This document shows, piece by piece, positions 19,565 through 28,073 of a stretch of 64,000 nucleotides of DNA (within the stretch, counting starts at the first letter, position 1; each line of letters starts with the position of its first letter). The translations under genes were made by a program, and so were the position numbers. The notes under the pieces are model-generated. The model saw nothing but the letters and a program-made list of their open reading frames with translations. It had not been told where the DNA came from and did no database searches. The stretch lies in contig JANNAV010000073.1 in the NCBI GenBank assembly GCA_031384695.1, positions 4,128-68,127 on the forward strand. Direction: 5' to 3'. The DNA comes from Paracoccaceae bacterium (GTDB lineage Bacteria > Pseudomonadota > Alphaproteobacteria > Rhodobacterales > Rhodobacteraceae).

Positions 19565-20017
19565 ATGAGCAGTCAAAGCTATCTCAAGAAACACAGCGAG
19601 GCCCTTGTCAAGGATGTGGGAATCGAGGCGGCCTGCCGGTTGACGGGCAAATCCAAGGCGACGCTGGGGCGGTATTATTCGGATTCCGACGAGCATGACG
19701 ACCGGTTCATGCCGATTGATGTGGTGGCGCAACTGGAAGCAGCGGCGCGGTTTCCGCATGTGACGGCGGCGCTGGCCGATTTGCGCGGCATCACGCTGAG
19801 CTATGACGCGGAAAAGCGCAATGCGCCGACCAAGGGGGTCAATCAGGATGTGGTGGCGCTGGCGCAGCGGTTTGCCATGCTGATGGGCGAGTATAATCAG
19901 GCGATTGGCGATGGGGTGATCTCGGTTAACGAGGCCAAGAAGATGTTGCGGGAAACCCTTGCTATTCAACAGGTTCTGCTGGAGATGAAGCTTAATCTGG
20001 AAGACGAGGTGAGCTGA
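19565..20017 (+). CDS. hypothetical HTH protein resembling phage CII (CP76/phage-186 type) regulators
   Basis: 150 aa. Predicted HTH is ACRLTGKSKATLGRYYS, followed by a helical C-terminal half (VALAQRFAMLMGEYNQAIGDGVISVNEAKKMLRETLAIQQVLLEMK). G+C is somewhat lower than the neighbours (about 57% in a hand-counted 100 nt). The family assignment rests on pattern memory only. Confidence 0.55.
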   Translation: MSSQSYLKKHSEALVKDVGIEAACRLTGKSKATLGRYYSDSDEHDDRFMPIDVVAQLEAAARFPHVTAALADLRGITLSYDAEKRNAPTKGVNQDVVALAQRFAMLMGEYNQAIGDGVISVNEAKKMLRETLAIQQVLLEMKLNLEDEVS

Positions 20018-20044
20018 AGGCTGCGGTTTTTGTCGCAGCCTTCA
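20015..20044. terminator. perfect 11-bp hairpin between convergent genes (possible bidirectional terminator)
   Basis: Sequence tgaaggctgcg-gtttttgt-cgcagccttca. The stem begins in the stop codon of the 19565..20017 gene. There is no long U-tract on either side. Confidence 0.55.
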
Positions 20045-20052
20045 GGCGATTT

Positions 20053-21405
20053 TCAGCTTGGGCGGCGCTGGGGCGCGCGGGCTTTCGCACCTTCGGGACG
20101 GCGGGGGGCGAAGCTGCCGCCTTGGGGTTTGGGGGCCGATGGGCGGCCTGCGCCGGGCTTTTGGCCTTGCGGGCGCGCGGCGGGTTTGGAGCCTTGTTTC
20201 TGGCCGCCTGCATGGACCGGACGCTGGCCGCGATTCTGCCCCGGTTTTGGCGCTGCGGCCACGATATCGGCGGCCCAAGGCGCGCCTGCCAGAATTGGGA
20301 TCTGCTTTTTCAGCATCTTTTCAATGGCTTGCAACTCTCCCATTTCAGCAGGGGCGCAGAAGGCGACAGCGGTGCCATCGGCCCCGGCGCGGGCGGTGCG
20401 GCCGATGCGGTGCACGTAGTTTTCTGGCACGTTGGGCATCTCGTAGTTGTAAACATGCCGCACGCCCGGAATGTCGATGCCGCGCGCGGCCACATCGGTG
20501 GCGACCAGCACATCAAGGTCGCCGTTGCGGAATTCGGTCAGGGTGCGGTCACGCTGGCTTTGGCTTTTGTTGCCATGGATCGAGCCCGCCTTGAACCCCC
20601 AGGACACCAGCAATTTCATAAGCTTTTCAGAGCCATGCTTGGTGCGCCCGAACACCAGCGCCTGCTCGGTCGGATGGCCCTTGAGGTAGGTTTCCAGCAG
20701 TTTGGCCTTATCGCTGTTGGGGATGTAATGCACGCCCTGCACGATCTTTTCGATCGGCTTGCCGGGGGCTGCGACCTGTACCTTGACCGGATCGCGCAGG
20801 TAGGTGCCGGCCAGTTCCTCGATATCCTTTGGCATGGTGGCCGAGAACAAAAGAGTCTGCCTTTTCAGGGGGATATGCTTGGCAATTTTGCGCAGGGAGT
20901 GGATGAAACCCATGTCGAGCATGTGATCAGCCTCGTCCAGAACCAGATAGCCGGTCATCTGCAACGACACCGCGTTCCGCTCCAGCAGGTCGATCAGGCG
21001 GCCGGGGGTGGCGACGAGGATATCGGCACCGCGCGCGAGGCGTTCGGTTTGCTTGAAAATCGAGGCGCCGCCGACGACCGTGGCCACTTTAACAGCCGTG
21101 CCTTTGGTGAAAACCTCAAGGTTATCAGCGATTTGGGTGACAAGTTCGCGGGTGGGGGCAAGGATCAGGGCGCGCACGTTGCGGGGGCCGGGCGGGTGGC
21201 CGATATCGAGCAGGCGGTGCAGCAGGGGCAGGCCGAAAGCGGCGGTTTTGCCGGTGCCGGTTTGCGCCAGACCCATCACATCACGCCCCGCCATGATATG
21301 CGGGATCGCCTGCACCTGAATCGGGCTTGGCAGTTTGAGAAGGGTTTTCTCCAGGCTTTTCAGGATCTTGGGCGAAAGCCCGAGGTCTTCGAACGTGGTC
21401 ATCAT
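20053..21405 (-). CDS. rhlE: DEAD-box ATP-dependent RNA helicase with a basic C-terminal tail
   Basis: Q-motif region is FEDLGLSP...PSPIQ. Other helicase motifs are AQTGTGKTAAF, DEAD (LDEADHM), SAT and HRIGRTARAG. The C-terminus is Arg/Gly/Pro-rich. Confidence 0.93.
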   Translation of the reverse strand: MMTTFEDLGLSPKILKSLEKTLLKLPSPIQVQAIPHIMAGRDVMGLAQTGTGKTAAFGLPLLHRLLDIGHPPGPRNVRALILAPTRELVTQIADNLEVFTKGTAVKVATVVGGASIFKQTERLARGADILVATPGRLIDLLERNAVSLQMTGYLVLDEADHMLDMGFIHSLRKIAKHIPLKRQTLLFSATMPKDIEELAGTYLRDPVKVQVAAPGKPIEKIVQGVHYIPNSDKAKLLETYLKGHPTEQALVFGRTKHGSEKLMKLLVSWGFKAGSIHGNKSQSQRDRTLTEFRNGDLDVLVATDVAARGIDIPGVRHVYNYEMPNVPENYVHRIGRTARAGADGTAVAFCAPAEMGELQAIEKMLKKQIPILAGAPWAADIVAAAPKPGQNRGQRPVHAGGQKQGSKPAARPQGQKPGAGRPSAPKPQGGSFAPRRPEGAKARAPQRRPS

Positions 21406-21727
21406 TGTCTTTCCGGCGGCACCATAGCCGCCTGCCGAACCCGCAGGATGCGGGGTGGCGATGGGTGTGCTGCATGCCCTCGCCTATGGCGGATGCCAAG
21501 GGCCGTGCGTGCAGCGGAACCCCTGCGTGCGGTGGGAACCAAACTCCGGGCCTTACACATGCTCACGCGGCACGGGCACTCGGATAGGGGGGCAAATGGC
21601 GGATATCGGGGGATATGTCAAGGGCGGTTGGGGGATGCAGGCAGCCATGCACCGGCCATGCATACGGTGAATGCAGAAATTTTTAGGGAATTTTTCGCAG
21701 GATGGGGCGTGGATCAGGAGGAACGGG

Positions 21728-22198
21728 ATGGTTGACCTTACCAAGCAGACGCCGAAGCAGCGGGCGAATTATCACTTTATGACGGATGCGATGCGGCGGC
21801 TGGAATGGGATTTGCATCATCATATCGAGGCCACCTCGCGGATACCCGATGAGTGGCACGAGATTGCCAAGACCCGCGCGCCGCAGGGCAAGCAGCGGAT
21901 CACGATGGCGGTGGACCGCGATGTGCTGCGGTTTTTCCGCTCGATGGGTGCGGGGTATCAGCCGCGCCTGAACGAGGTGCTGCGCAGTTACATGCATGCG
22001 CGGCTGGCAGGCGTGATCCGGGGGGCGGAGACCATGGCGCATCACCGGCGGGCGGAGGCCTATCACGAGGGCGAGCGGCCGGGTTGGGGCGATACGATGC
22101 GGCAGATGGGGGAGGATCATGCGATGGACCCGCAGGATCAGGAGGCCGAGGGGATGGAGCGGGTGCGGGAGCGGGCGAAGCTGCAGGGGTTGGAGTGA
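21728..22198 (+). CDS. BrnA-antitoxin-like (DUF4415-type) domain protein with an extended acidic C-terminus
   Basis: ATG at 21728 within track ORF 21671..22198. The segment KQRITMAVDRDVLRFFRSMGAGYQPRLNEVLRSYMHA resembles the BrnA motif (...ITIRLDxDVLxWFKxxGxGYQTRINxxLRxYM). Confidence 0.6.
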   Translation: MVDLTKQTPKQRANYHFMTDAMRRLEWDLHHHIEATSRIPDEWHEIAKTRAPQGKQRITMAVDRDVLRFFRSMGAGYQPRLNEVLRSYMHARLAGVIRGAETMAHHRRAEAYHEGERPGWGDTMRQMGEDHAMDPQDQEAEGMERVRERAKLQGLE

Positions 22199-22210
22199 GG
22201 GGGGGGGCGG

Positions 22211-22285
22211 ACCGATCTTGGACACTCTCCGGGAGAGAGTTTCCCGGGACGTTGGCCATAAGGCGGAACGCCGTTGGGCAAGGGA
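22211..22285 (-). repeat. dispersed two-hairpin intergenic element, family 2, copy B (inverted relative to copy A)
   Basis: The reverse complement tcccttgcccaacggcgttccgccttatggccaacgtcccgggaaactctctcccggagagtgtcc aligns with 1306-1380. Confidence 0.8.
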
Positions 22286-22408
22286 TTGTCGGCAATCGAG
22301 GCGGTTGGGCAAATCGGGGCGCGGCTGCCTGGGCTGGTGCGTTTACGCGCCTGCCCGTTCAATCAGATGGGGGGCAGGCAGGCGCGGCCGCCGGGGCGAT
22401 GGCCCCTT

Positions 22409-22446
22409 GCTTGATTGAAATCAAATCGGGCAAGGGAGAAGGGCGG
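22409..22446 (+). repeat. probable degenerate copy of the family 1 repeat
   Basis: Compare aaatcgggcaagggagaagggcgg here with atattcgggcaaagatgaagcgggcgg at 47134. It is preceded by the hairpin CCCTTGC..GCAAGGG. Confidence 0.45.
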
Positions 22447-22448
22447 TT

Positions 22449-23354
22449 TTAGCTGCGTTGCAGTTTCACCGGCTCGGAGCGGGCCAGTTTCAGGAAATGC
22501 GCCATGAAGGGTTTGGCGGCATCTTCGCTGCGGGTGGCGGCGTAGAGGCGTTTGGTGATGGTTTGGGGGCCGAGGGGGCGGGTGATGTAATCGGGGTTGC
22601 GGCGGACCTCGCGCAGCACCCAGTCGGGCAGCACGGCCACGCCGCGATTGGAGCCTACCAGCATCAGGATCACGGCGGTCAACTCGGCGGTGCGCTGGGC
22701 GCGGGGTTCGATCTTGGCGGGGGTCAGCAGTTCGGTGAAGATATCCAGTTTGTCGCGGGTGACGGGGTAGGTGATCAGGGTTTGATCGAGGAAATGTTCG
22801 GCCAGGATCACCGGATGCGCCGTGAGCGGGTGAGAGGCTGCGGCAAGGAAGGTGGGGTGGTAATCGAACAGCGGGTTATAGGTGATCTCGGGGATCGGCA
22901 CCGGGTTGGACGAGATCACGAGGTCCACATCTTCGCGGTTCAGCGCGGGCAGGGCATCAAAGGCGAGGCCGGCACGGATATCGACATCCACCTCGGGCCA
23001 GGCGTGGCGGAACATTTCCAGCACCGGGAACAGCCAGTCAAAACAGGCGTGGCATTCGATGGCGATGTGCAGCCGGCCGGTCTTGCCCGATTGCAGCGCG
23101 CGGAACTCATCCTCCAGCGCCGCGATTTCGGGCAGCAGGCGCTCGGCTACGCGCAGCATGCGGATGCCTGCGGAGGAAAGCCGCATCGGTTTGGAGCGGC
23201 GCACAAACAACTCCATCCCAACCTGATCTTCCAGCGATGCCACCTGATGCGACAGGGCGGACTGGGTCATGTTCATGGTTTCGGCGGCCCGCGCGAGGCC
23301 GCCCGCGTGCTGGATGGCGCGGATGGTGCGGAGATGGCGGAGTTCGATGTACAT
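22449..23354 (-). CDS. metR: LysR-family transcriptional regulator, MetR-like
   Basis: Product MYIELRHLRTIRAIQHAGGLARAAETMNMTQSALSHQVASLEDQVGMELFVRRSKPMRLSSAG...RLHIAIECHACFDWL parallels E. coli MetR. It is divergent from metF. Confidence 0.88.
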   Translation of the reverse strand: MYIELRHLRTIRAIQHAGGLARAAETMNMTQSALSHQVASLEDQVGMELFVRRSKPMRLSSAGIRMLRVAERLLPEIAALEDEFRALQSGKTGRLHIAIECHACFDWLFPVLEMFRHAWPEVDVDIRAGLAFDALPALNREDVDLVISSNPVPIPEITYNPLFDYHPTFLAAASHPLTAHPVILAEHFLDQTLITYPVTRDKLDIFTELLTPAKIEPRAQRTAELTAVILMLVGSNRGVAVLPDWVLREVRRNPDYITRPLGPQTITKRLYAATRSEDAAKPFMAHFLKLARSEPVKLQRS

Positions 23355-23389
23355 GCGGTGGCCTCATGTTGATCTTGAGAATTATGAAT

Positions 23390-23417
23390 TTGTCTCACAT
23401 ATAAAATGGTGAGACAA
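23390..23417. promoter_or_regulatory. perfect 9-bp inverted repeat in the AT-rich metR-metF divergent promoter region (candidate LysR/MetR operator)
   Basis: Sequence TTGTCTCAC-atataaaatg-GTGAGACAA. It lies in the only strongly AT-rich stretch of the 91-bp intergenic region. Confidence 0.5.
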
Positions 23418-23445
23418 GGGGGGAAGCCTGTGAGGAGCCATTGTC

Positions 23446-24336
23446 ATGACCTGTAAGACCCCGACCCGTAAAACTCTGCCGCGCGTGTCGTTCGAGTTTT
23501 TCCCGCCGCAAACGCTGGATGCGTCATTCCGGCTGTTTGAAGCGGTGCAGATGCTGGCGCCACTGGGGCCGGAGTTCGTGTCGGTGACTTACGGGGCCGG
23601 GGGTGCGACGCGCAAGCTGACGCAGGATGCGGTGGGGCTGATCGGGCGCAATTACGGGGTGAATGTTGCGGCACATCTGACCTGTGTGGACGCCAGCCGG
23701 GCCGAGACGCTGGCGGTGGCCGAGGGGTTTGCCGAAGCCGGGGTGCGCGAGATCGTGGCCCTGCGCGGCGATGCGCCGAAGGGGGCGGTGCGGTTTGCGC
23801 CTGCGCCCGACGGCTTTGCCAGTTCGGTGGAACTTGTGGAGGCGCTGGCGCGGACCGGCAAGTTCAGGATCCGGGTGGCGGCCTATGCCGAGCGGCATCC
23901 CGATGCGGCCGACGCTCTGGCTGATGTGCGCTGGCTGAAGCGCAAGATTGATGCGGGGGCATCAAGTGCGATCACCCAGTTTTTCTTTGAGGCTGAAACC
24001 TTCCTGCGGTTCCGCGATCTGTGTGTGAAAGAGGGCATCAACGCGCCGGTCATTCCGGGGATTTTGCCGGTGCAGGGCTGGGAGGGGGTCAAGCGGTTCG
24101 CGGCGCGTTGTGGGGCCTCGATCCCGGTGCGGGTGGCCGAGGGCTATGAGCGGGCAGTGCGCGACGGGCGCGAGGCGCTGATGTCTTTGGCGCAATGCGT
24201 GGGCCTGTGCGACCGGCTGGTGTCGGAAGGGGTGGAGGATCTGCATTTCTACACCCTGAACCGGCCCGGCCTCACGCGCGAGGTGGTGCGGGTATTGGGA
24301 ATCGCGCCACAGGTGGCGTTGGAAAAGGTCGCCTGA
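23446..24336 (+). CDS. metF: 5,10-methylenetetrahydrofolate reductase
   Basis: 296 aa containing VSFEFFPP, FVSVTYGAGG and RGD motifs. Confidence 0.95.
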   Translation: MTCKTPTRKTLPRVSFEFFPPQTLDASFRLFEAVQMLAPLGPEFVSVTYGAGGATRKLTQDAVGLIGRNYGVNVAAHLTCVDASRAETLAVAEGFAEAGVREIVALRGDAPKGAVRFAPAPDGFASSVELVEALARTGKFRIRVAAYAERHPDAADALADVRWLKRKIDAGASSAITQFFFEAETFLRFRDLCVKEGINAPVIPGILPVQGWEGVKRFAARCGASIPVRVAEGYERAVRDGREALMSLAQCVGLCDRLVSEGVEDLHFYTLNRPGLTREVVRVLGIAPQVALEKVA

Positions 24337-24467
24337 GCCGGCAACGTTCGTCCCTGACGGCTGGCTAGACTGTGGCGATCTGCGCGCATCCCGCCCCTCC
24401 CCACACGGTTTGGGGGGCGTGGTGCGCGCCTTTTTGTTTTTGGTTTGGCGGCGCGGGCGCCTGAAGC

Positions 24468-24511
24468 GGGGGGCTTACCAGCCCCCCAAAGCATTGGCTG
24501 GCCAATGCTTT
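24468..24511. repeat. two adjacent perfect hairpins immediately upstream of a family 1 repeat copy
   Basis: First hairpin is GGGGGGCT-tacc-AGCCCCCC (24468-24487). Second is AAAGCATTGGC-tg-GCCAATGCTTT (24488-24511). Confidence 0.85.
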
Positions 24512-24513
24512 CC

Positions 24514-24552
24514 CCCCCGGTGGATATTTGTGCAGAGAAGAAGCCGGAGCGG
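24514..24552 (+). repeat. dispersed intergenic repeat, family 1
   Basis: Sequence cccccggtggatatttgtgcagagaagaagccggagcgg. Confidence 0.75.
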
Positions 24553-24633
24553 CTGTGCGGGATTGCGCGGGATGGTTTGCCTGCGCGCGCGGATCGGCTA
24601 TGCTGGGCGGATGTTTGCAGAAGGACGCGGCGC

Positions 24634-25074
24634 GTGAAGCCCATATATGTTTTGAACGGCCCAAATCTGAACCTGCTTGGCTTGCGGCAGCCCGAGATTT
24701 ACGGGCGGGAAACGCTTGAGGATGTGGGGGCGGCGCTGGCCGATCTGGCGGAGGAGTTGGGCGTCGCGGTGCGGATGTTGCAATCCAACCACGAGGGGCA
24801 ACTGGTGGATTGGGTGCAGGAGGCGCGGGGGGCGGCCTCGGGCATCATCATCAATCCGGGGGCCTATAGCCACAGCTCGATTGCCATACTGGACGCGCTG
24901 AACGCCTATGAGGGGCCGGTGCTGGAGGTGCATATCTCGAACATCCACAAGCGCGAGGCGTTCCGGCACCATTCGTATGTGTCGGGGCGGGCGGAGGGGG
25001 TAATCGCGGGGTTTGGAGTGGAAGGCTATCTGCTGGCGCTGCGGCGGATGGCATCGCTGGTGGGCAAGGGATGA
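24634..25074 (+). CDS. aroQ: type II 3-dehydroquinate dehydratase
   Basis: GTG at 24634 within track ORF 24445..25074. Product reads (V)[23 protein letters not shown]...QSNHEG...[10 protein letters not shown]...HISNIHKRE. Confidence 0.93.
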   Translation: MKPIYVLNGPNLNLLGLRQPEIYGRETLEDVGAALADLAEELGVAVRMLQSNHEGQLVDWVQEARGAASGIIINPGAYSHSSIAILDALNAYEGPVLEVHISNIHKREAFRHHSYVSGRAEGVIAGFGVEGYLLALRRMASLVGKG

Positions 25075-25838
25075 TGTTGCCGGTGAATGCGTTCAAGCGG
25101 GCGCTGGCGGAGGGGCGGCCGCAGTTCGGCTTGTGGAACTCGCTGCCCGGCCCGGTGGTGGCGGAGGTGCTGGCGGGGGCGGGGTATGACTGGCTGGTGA
25201 TCGACACCGAGCATGCGCTGACCGATGTGCCCGACACCATGGCGATGATGCAGGCGATGGCGCCTTATCCGGTGTCGGTGGCGGTGCGGCCTGCGAGCAA
25301 CGATGCGGTGCTGATCAAGCGGCTGTTGGATCTGGGGGCGCAGACGCTGATCATCCCTTATGTGCAGAACGCGGCTGAGGCGCGGGCGGCGGTGGCGGCG
25401 ATGCGCTATGCGCCGCGCGGCATCCGGGGCGTTGCGGGGATGACGCGGGCCAGCCGGTTTGGCGCGGTTCAGGGCTATGTGCAGCAGGCGGAGGCGGAGT
25501 TGTGCCTGATCGTGCAGGTGGAAACCGCCGAGGCTTTGGCGCAGATCGAGGCGATTGCGGCGGTGGACGGGGTGGACGGGCTGTTCATCGGGCCTGCGGA
25601 TCTTGCCGCCTCGATGGGGCATGGCGGCAATGCGGGGCATCCTGAGGTGGTGGCTGCGATTGAGGCTGCGATCAAGCGGATTGTGGCGGCGGGCAAGCCT
25701 GCGGGGATTTTGACGCTGGACCCGGCCTTCGCGCGGGTTTGCATCGGCTGGGGCACGCGGTTTACCGCCTTGGGGATGGATATTGCGTTGCTGGCGGCAG
25801 CGGCGCGCGGGTTGGTGGCGGGGTTTCGCGGCCCGTGA
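25071..25838 (+). CDS. HpcH/HpaI-family aldolase
   Basis: 255 aa. Family motifs are [32 protein letters not shown] and QVET..A...[11 protein letters not shown]. Its start overlaps the aroQ stop (ATGATG). Confidence 0.9.
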   Translation: MMLPVNAFKRALAEGRPQFGLWNSLPGPVVAEVLAGAGYDWLVIDTEHALTDVPDTMAMMQAMAPYPVSVAVRPASNDAVLIKRLLDLGAQTLIIPYVQNAAEARAAVAAMRYAPRGIRGVAGMTRASRFGAVQGYVQQAEAELCLIVQVETAEALAQIEAIAAVDGVDGLFIGPADLAASMGHGGNAGHPEVVAAIEAAIKRIVAAGKPAGILTLDPAFARVCIGWGTRFTALGMDIALLAAAARGLVAGFRGP

Positions 25839-26992
25839 GCGACGCGCGGTTTCGCTGGCACCCGGAGGCGCGGGTGATGGATGCGCGGGGGGCGCGGGTC
25901 ATGCCGGTTGCGGCAGGGCCGGTGGTGATCGACGCACTGCTTTCGGGGCGTGCTTTGGCGCAGGCGCTGGCCGCACCGGACGGGTTCCGCATTGGTGGGG
26001 CGGGGGAGGCACCGGCGCGTGGGCCGGTGCCGATGTTCGAGACGCTGACCTCGGGCTCCACCGGCGTGCCACGGCGGATATGGCGGTCGCAGGCATCCTG
26101 GACGGTGAGTTTTCAGGTGAATGCCGGGCTGTTTGGCATCGGGCCGGGGGTGCGGGTGGCCGTGCTGGGGGGGATGGTGCAATCACTCGCACTTTATGGC
26201 GCGCTGGAGGCGGTGCATCTGGGGGCGGAGTTGCATCTGCTGGACGGCATGCGACCGGACCGGCAGGTGGCGGCGTTGGCGCAGCGGCGGGTGGCGGTGA
26301 TCTATGCCACCCCGGCGCAACTGCGGCTGTTGGCGGCGGCGGGGGGTTTGGTGCCTGATCTGCGGCTGGTTCTGGTGGGAGGATCGAAGCTGGACCCGGC
26401 TTTGCGGGCGGGGTTGCGGCGGCTGTTTCCTGCGGCGGTAGTGCGTGAGTTTTACGGCGCGGCGGAGGCGAGTTTCATCACTTTGGCGGCGGAGGATAGC
26501 CCTTTGGAGTCTGTGGGCCGGGCCTATCCGGGGGTGGAGATTGCGCTGCGCGCGGGGGCGGTCTGGGTGCGCAGCCCGTATTTGTTTGCGGGGTATGGTG
26601 GCGGCGAGGCGGGGGCCGTCTGGGACGAGGATTGGCTTTCGGTGGGCGAGATGGGGCGGCTTGAGGCGGGCAATCTGTACCTTTCGGGCCGGGCGGGGCG
26701 GATGGTGACGGTGGCCGATCAGAACGTGTTTCCCGAGGGGATCGAGGCGTTCATGGCAGGGTTGCCGGGGGTGCGGCAGGTGGCGGTGATCCCGGGTGCC
26801 GATCCGTTGCGGGGGGTGGTGATGGTGGCGGTGGTGCTGGGAGACGTGGCGCAGGAGGCGGCGATACTGGCGGCCACGCGGCGGCAGTTCGGGGCGCTTG
26901 CGGCACCGCGCGCGGTGATCTGGCGCGAGGGCTGGCCGGTGCTGGCTTCGGGGAAAACCGATCTGCTGGCCATCGCGCGTGACGCGGGATGA
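25835..26992 (+). CDS. short adenylate-forming (AMP-dependent synthetase/ligase family) enzyme
   Basis: GTG at 25835 overlaps the aldolase stop (GTGA). The AMP motif TSGSTGVPRRI sits only about 75 aa from the N-terminus. Later motifs are EFYGAAE and SGKTD. At about 385 aa it is shorter than typical acyl-CoA ligases. Confidence 0.75.
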   Translation: MSDARFRWHPEARVMDARGARVMPVAAGPVVIDALLSGRALAQALAAPDGFRIGGAGEAPARGPVPMFETLTSGSTGVPRRIWRSQASWTVSFQVNAGLFGIGPGVRVAVLGGMVQSLALYGALEAVHLGAELHLLDGMRPDRQVAALAQRRVAVIYATPAQLRLLAAAGGLVPDLRLVLVGGSKLDPALRAGLRRLFPAAVVREFYGAAEASFITLAAEDSPLESVGRAYPGVEIALRAGAVWVRSPYLFAGYGGGEAGAVWDEDWLSVGEMGRLEAGNLYLSGRAGRMVTVADQNVFPEGIEAFMAGLPGVRQVAVIPGADPLRGVVMVAVVLGDVAQEAAILAATRRQFGALAAPRAVIWREGWPVLASGKTDLLAIARDAG

Positions 26993-28071
26993 GCGCGGTG
27001 GTGGTGGCCGCGCGGCGGACGGCAGTGGTGCCGCGGGGGGGGGCGTTTGCGGCGCTGTCGATTGAAGATATGGCGGCGTCGGTGGTGGCGGCCTTGCTGG
27101 CGGATGCGGGGATAGCGCCGGAGCGGGTGGACGAAGTGATTGTGTCCAATGCTTTGGGCGCAGGCGGCAACCCCGCGCGGCGGGTGGCGTTGGCGGCAGG
27201 GCTGCCCTTGGCGGTGGCGGGGCTTTCGGTAGACCGGCAATGCGCGGGGGGCTTGGACGCGGTGCTGCTGGCGCGGGCTTTGGTGGAAAGCGGGGCGGCG
27301 GAGGTGGTGATTGCGGGCGGGGTGGAGAGCTATTCGCGCCGGCCGGTACGCTTTGCGGCTGGTGCGGCGGTGGCCTACGATCAGCCGCCGTTCACGCCCT
27401 GGCCCGGGCGTGATCCGGGGATGGCGCAGGCGGCGGAGGCTTTGGCGCGGCGGTTGGGGATATCGCGGGCGGCGGCGGATGCTTGGGCGGTTTTGAGCCA
27501 TGGGCGGGCATTGGGTTTGGGTTCGACAGGCGAGATTGTTGAGGTGGCGGCGCAAGTGCGTGATCCGTTTGCGCGGGCACTGACGGCGGCGGTGGCGGGG
27601 CGGGCCAAGGTGGTGGTGGGAGGGATCACGGCGGCCAATGCGGCGGTGGCGGCGGATGCGGCGGCGTTTGTGCTGGTGGTATCGGCGCGGGTGGCGGCGG
27701 GGTTGCCGGGCGTGCGGGGCATGCGGATTGTGGGCGGCGCGACGCTGGGGGGTGACCCGGAAGAGCCGGGACTGGCACCGGTGGCGGCGATTGCGGCGGT
27801 GCTGGCGCGGGCCGGTGTGCCGGCGGATGAGTTGGCGGTGAGCGAAATCATGGAGGCCTATGCGGTGCAGGCGATGGCTTGTGTGGCGGCGGCGGGGCTT
27901 GATCCGGGGCGGGTGAATATCGGTGGCGGCGCGCTGGCACGGGGGCATCCGATTGGTGCCTCGGGCGCGGTGCTGGCGGTGCGGCTGTTCTGGCAGTTGC
28001 AGGCGGGCTACGGGCTGGCCGCGATTGCGGCGGCGGGGGGGATCGGCACGGCGTTGTTGGTGGAGCGGTAG
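26989..28071 (+). CDS. thiolase-family acetyl-CoA C-acyltransferase
   Basis: 360 aa containing VDRQCAGGLDAV (active-site Cys), GGVESYS, GGALARGHPIGASG and AIAAAGGIG. Its start overlaps the ligase stop (ATGA). Confidence 0.9.
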   Translation: MSAVVVAARRTAVVPRGGAFAALSIEDMAASVVAALLADAGIAPERVDEVIVSNALGAGGNPARRVALAAGLPLAVAGLSVDRQCAGGLDAVLLARALVESGAAEVVIAGGVESYSRRPVRFAAGAAVAYDQPPFTPWPGRDPGMAQAAEALARRLGISRAAADAWAVLSHGRALGLGSTGEIVEVAAQVRDPFARALTAAVAGRAKVVVGGITAANAAVAADAAAFVLVVSARVAAGLPGVRGMRIVGGATLGGDPEEPGLAPVAAIAAVLARAGVPADELAVSEIMEAYAVQAMACVAAAGLDPGRVNIGGGALARGHPIGASGAVLAVRLFWQLQAGYGLAAIAAAGGIGTALLVER

Positions 28072-28073
28072 AT

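Noticed and set aside
21853-21867. TGGCACGAGATTGCC, another sigma-54-like string.
   Set aside because: It lies inside the BrnA-like CDS, and the GG-to-GC spacing is one nucleotide short.
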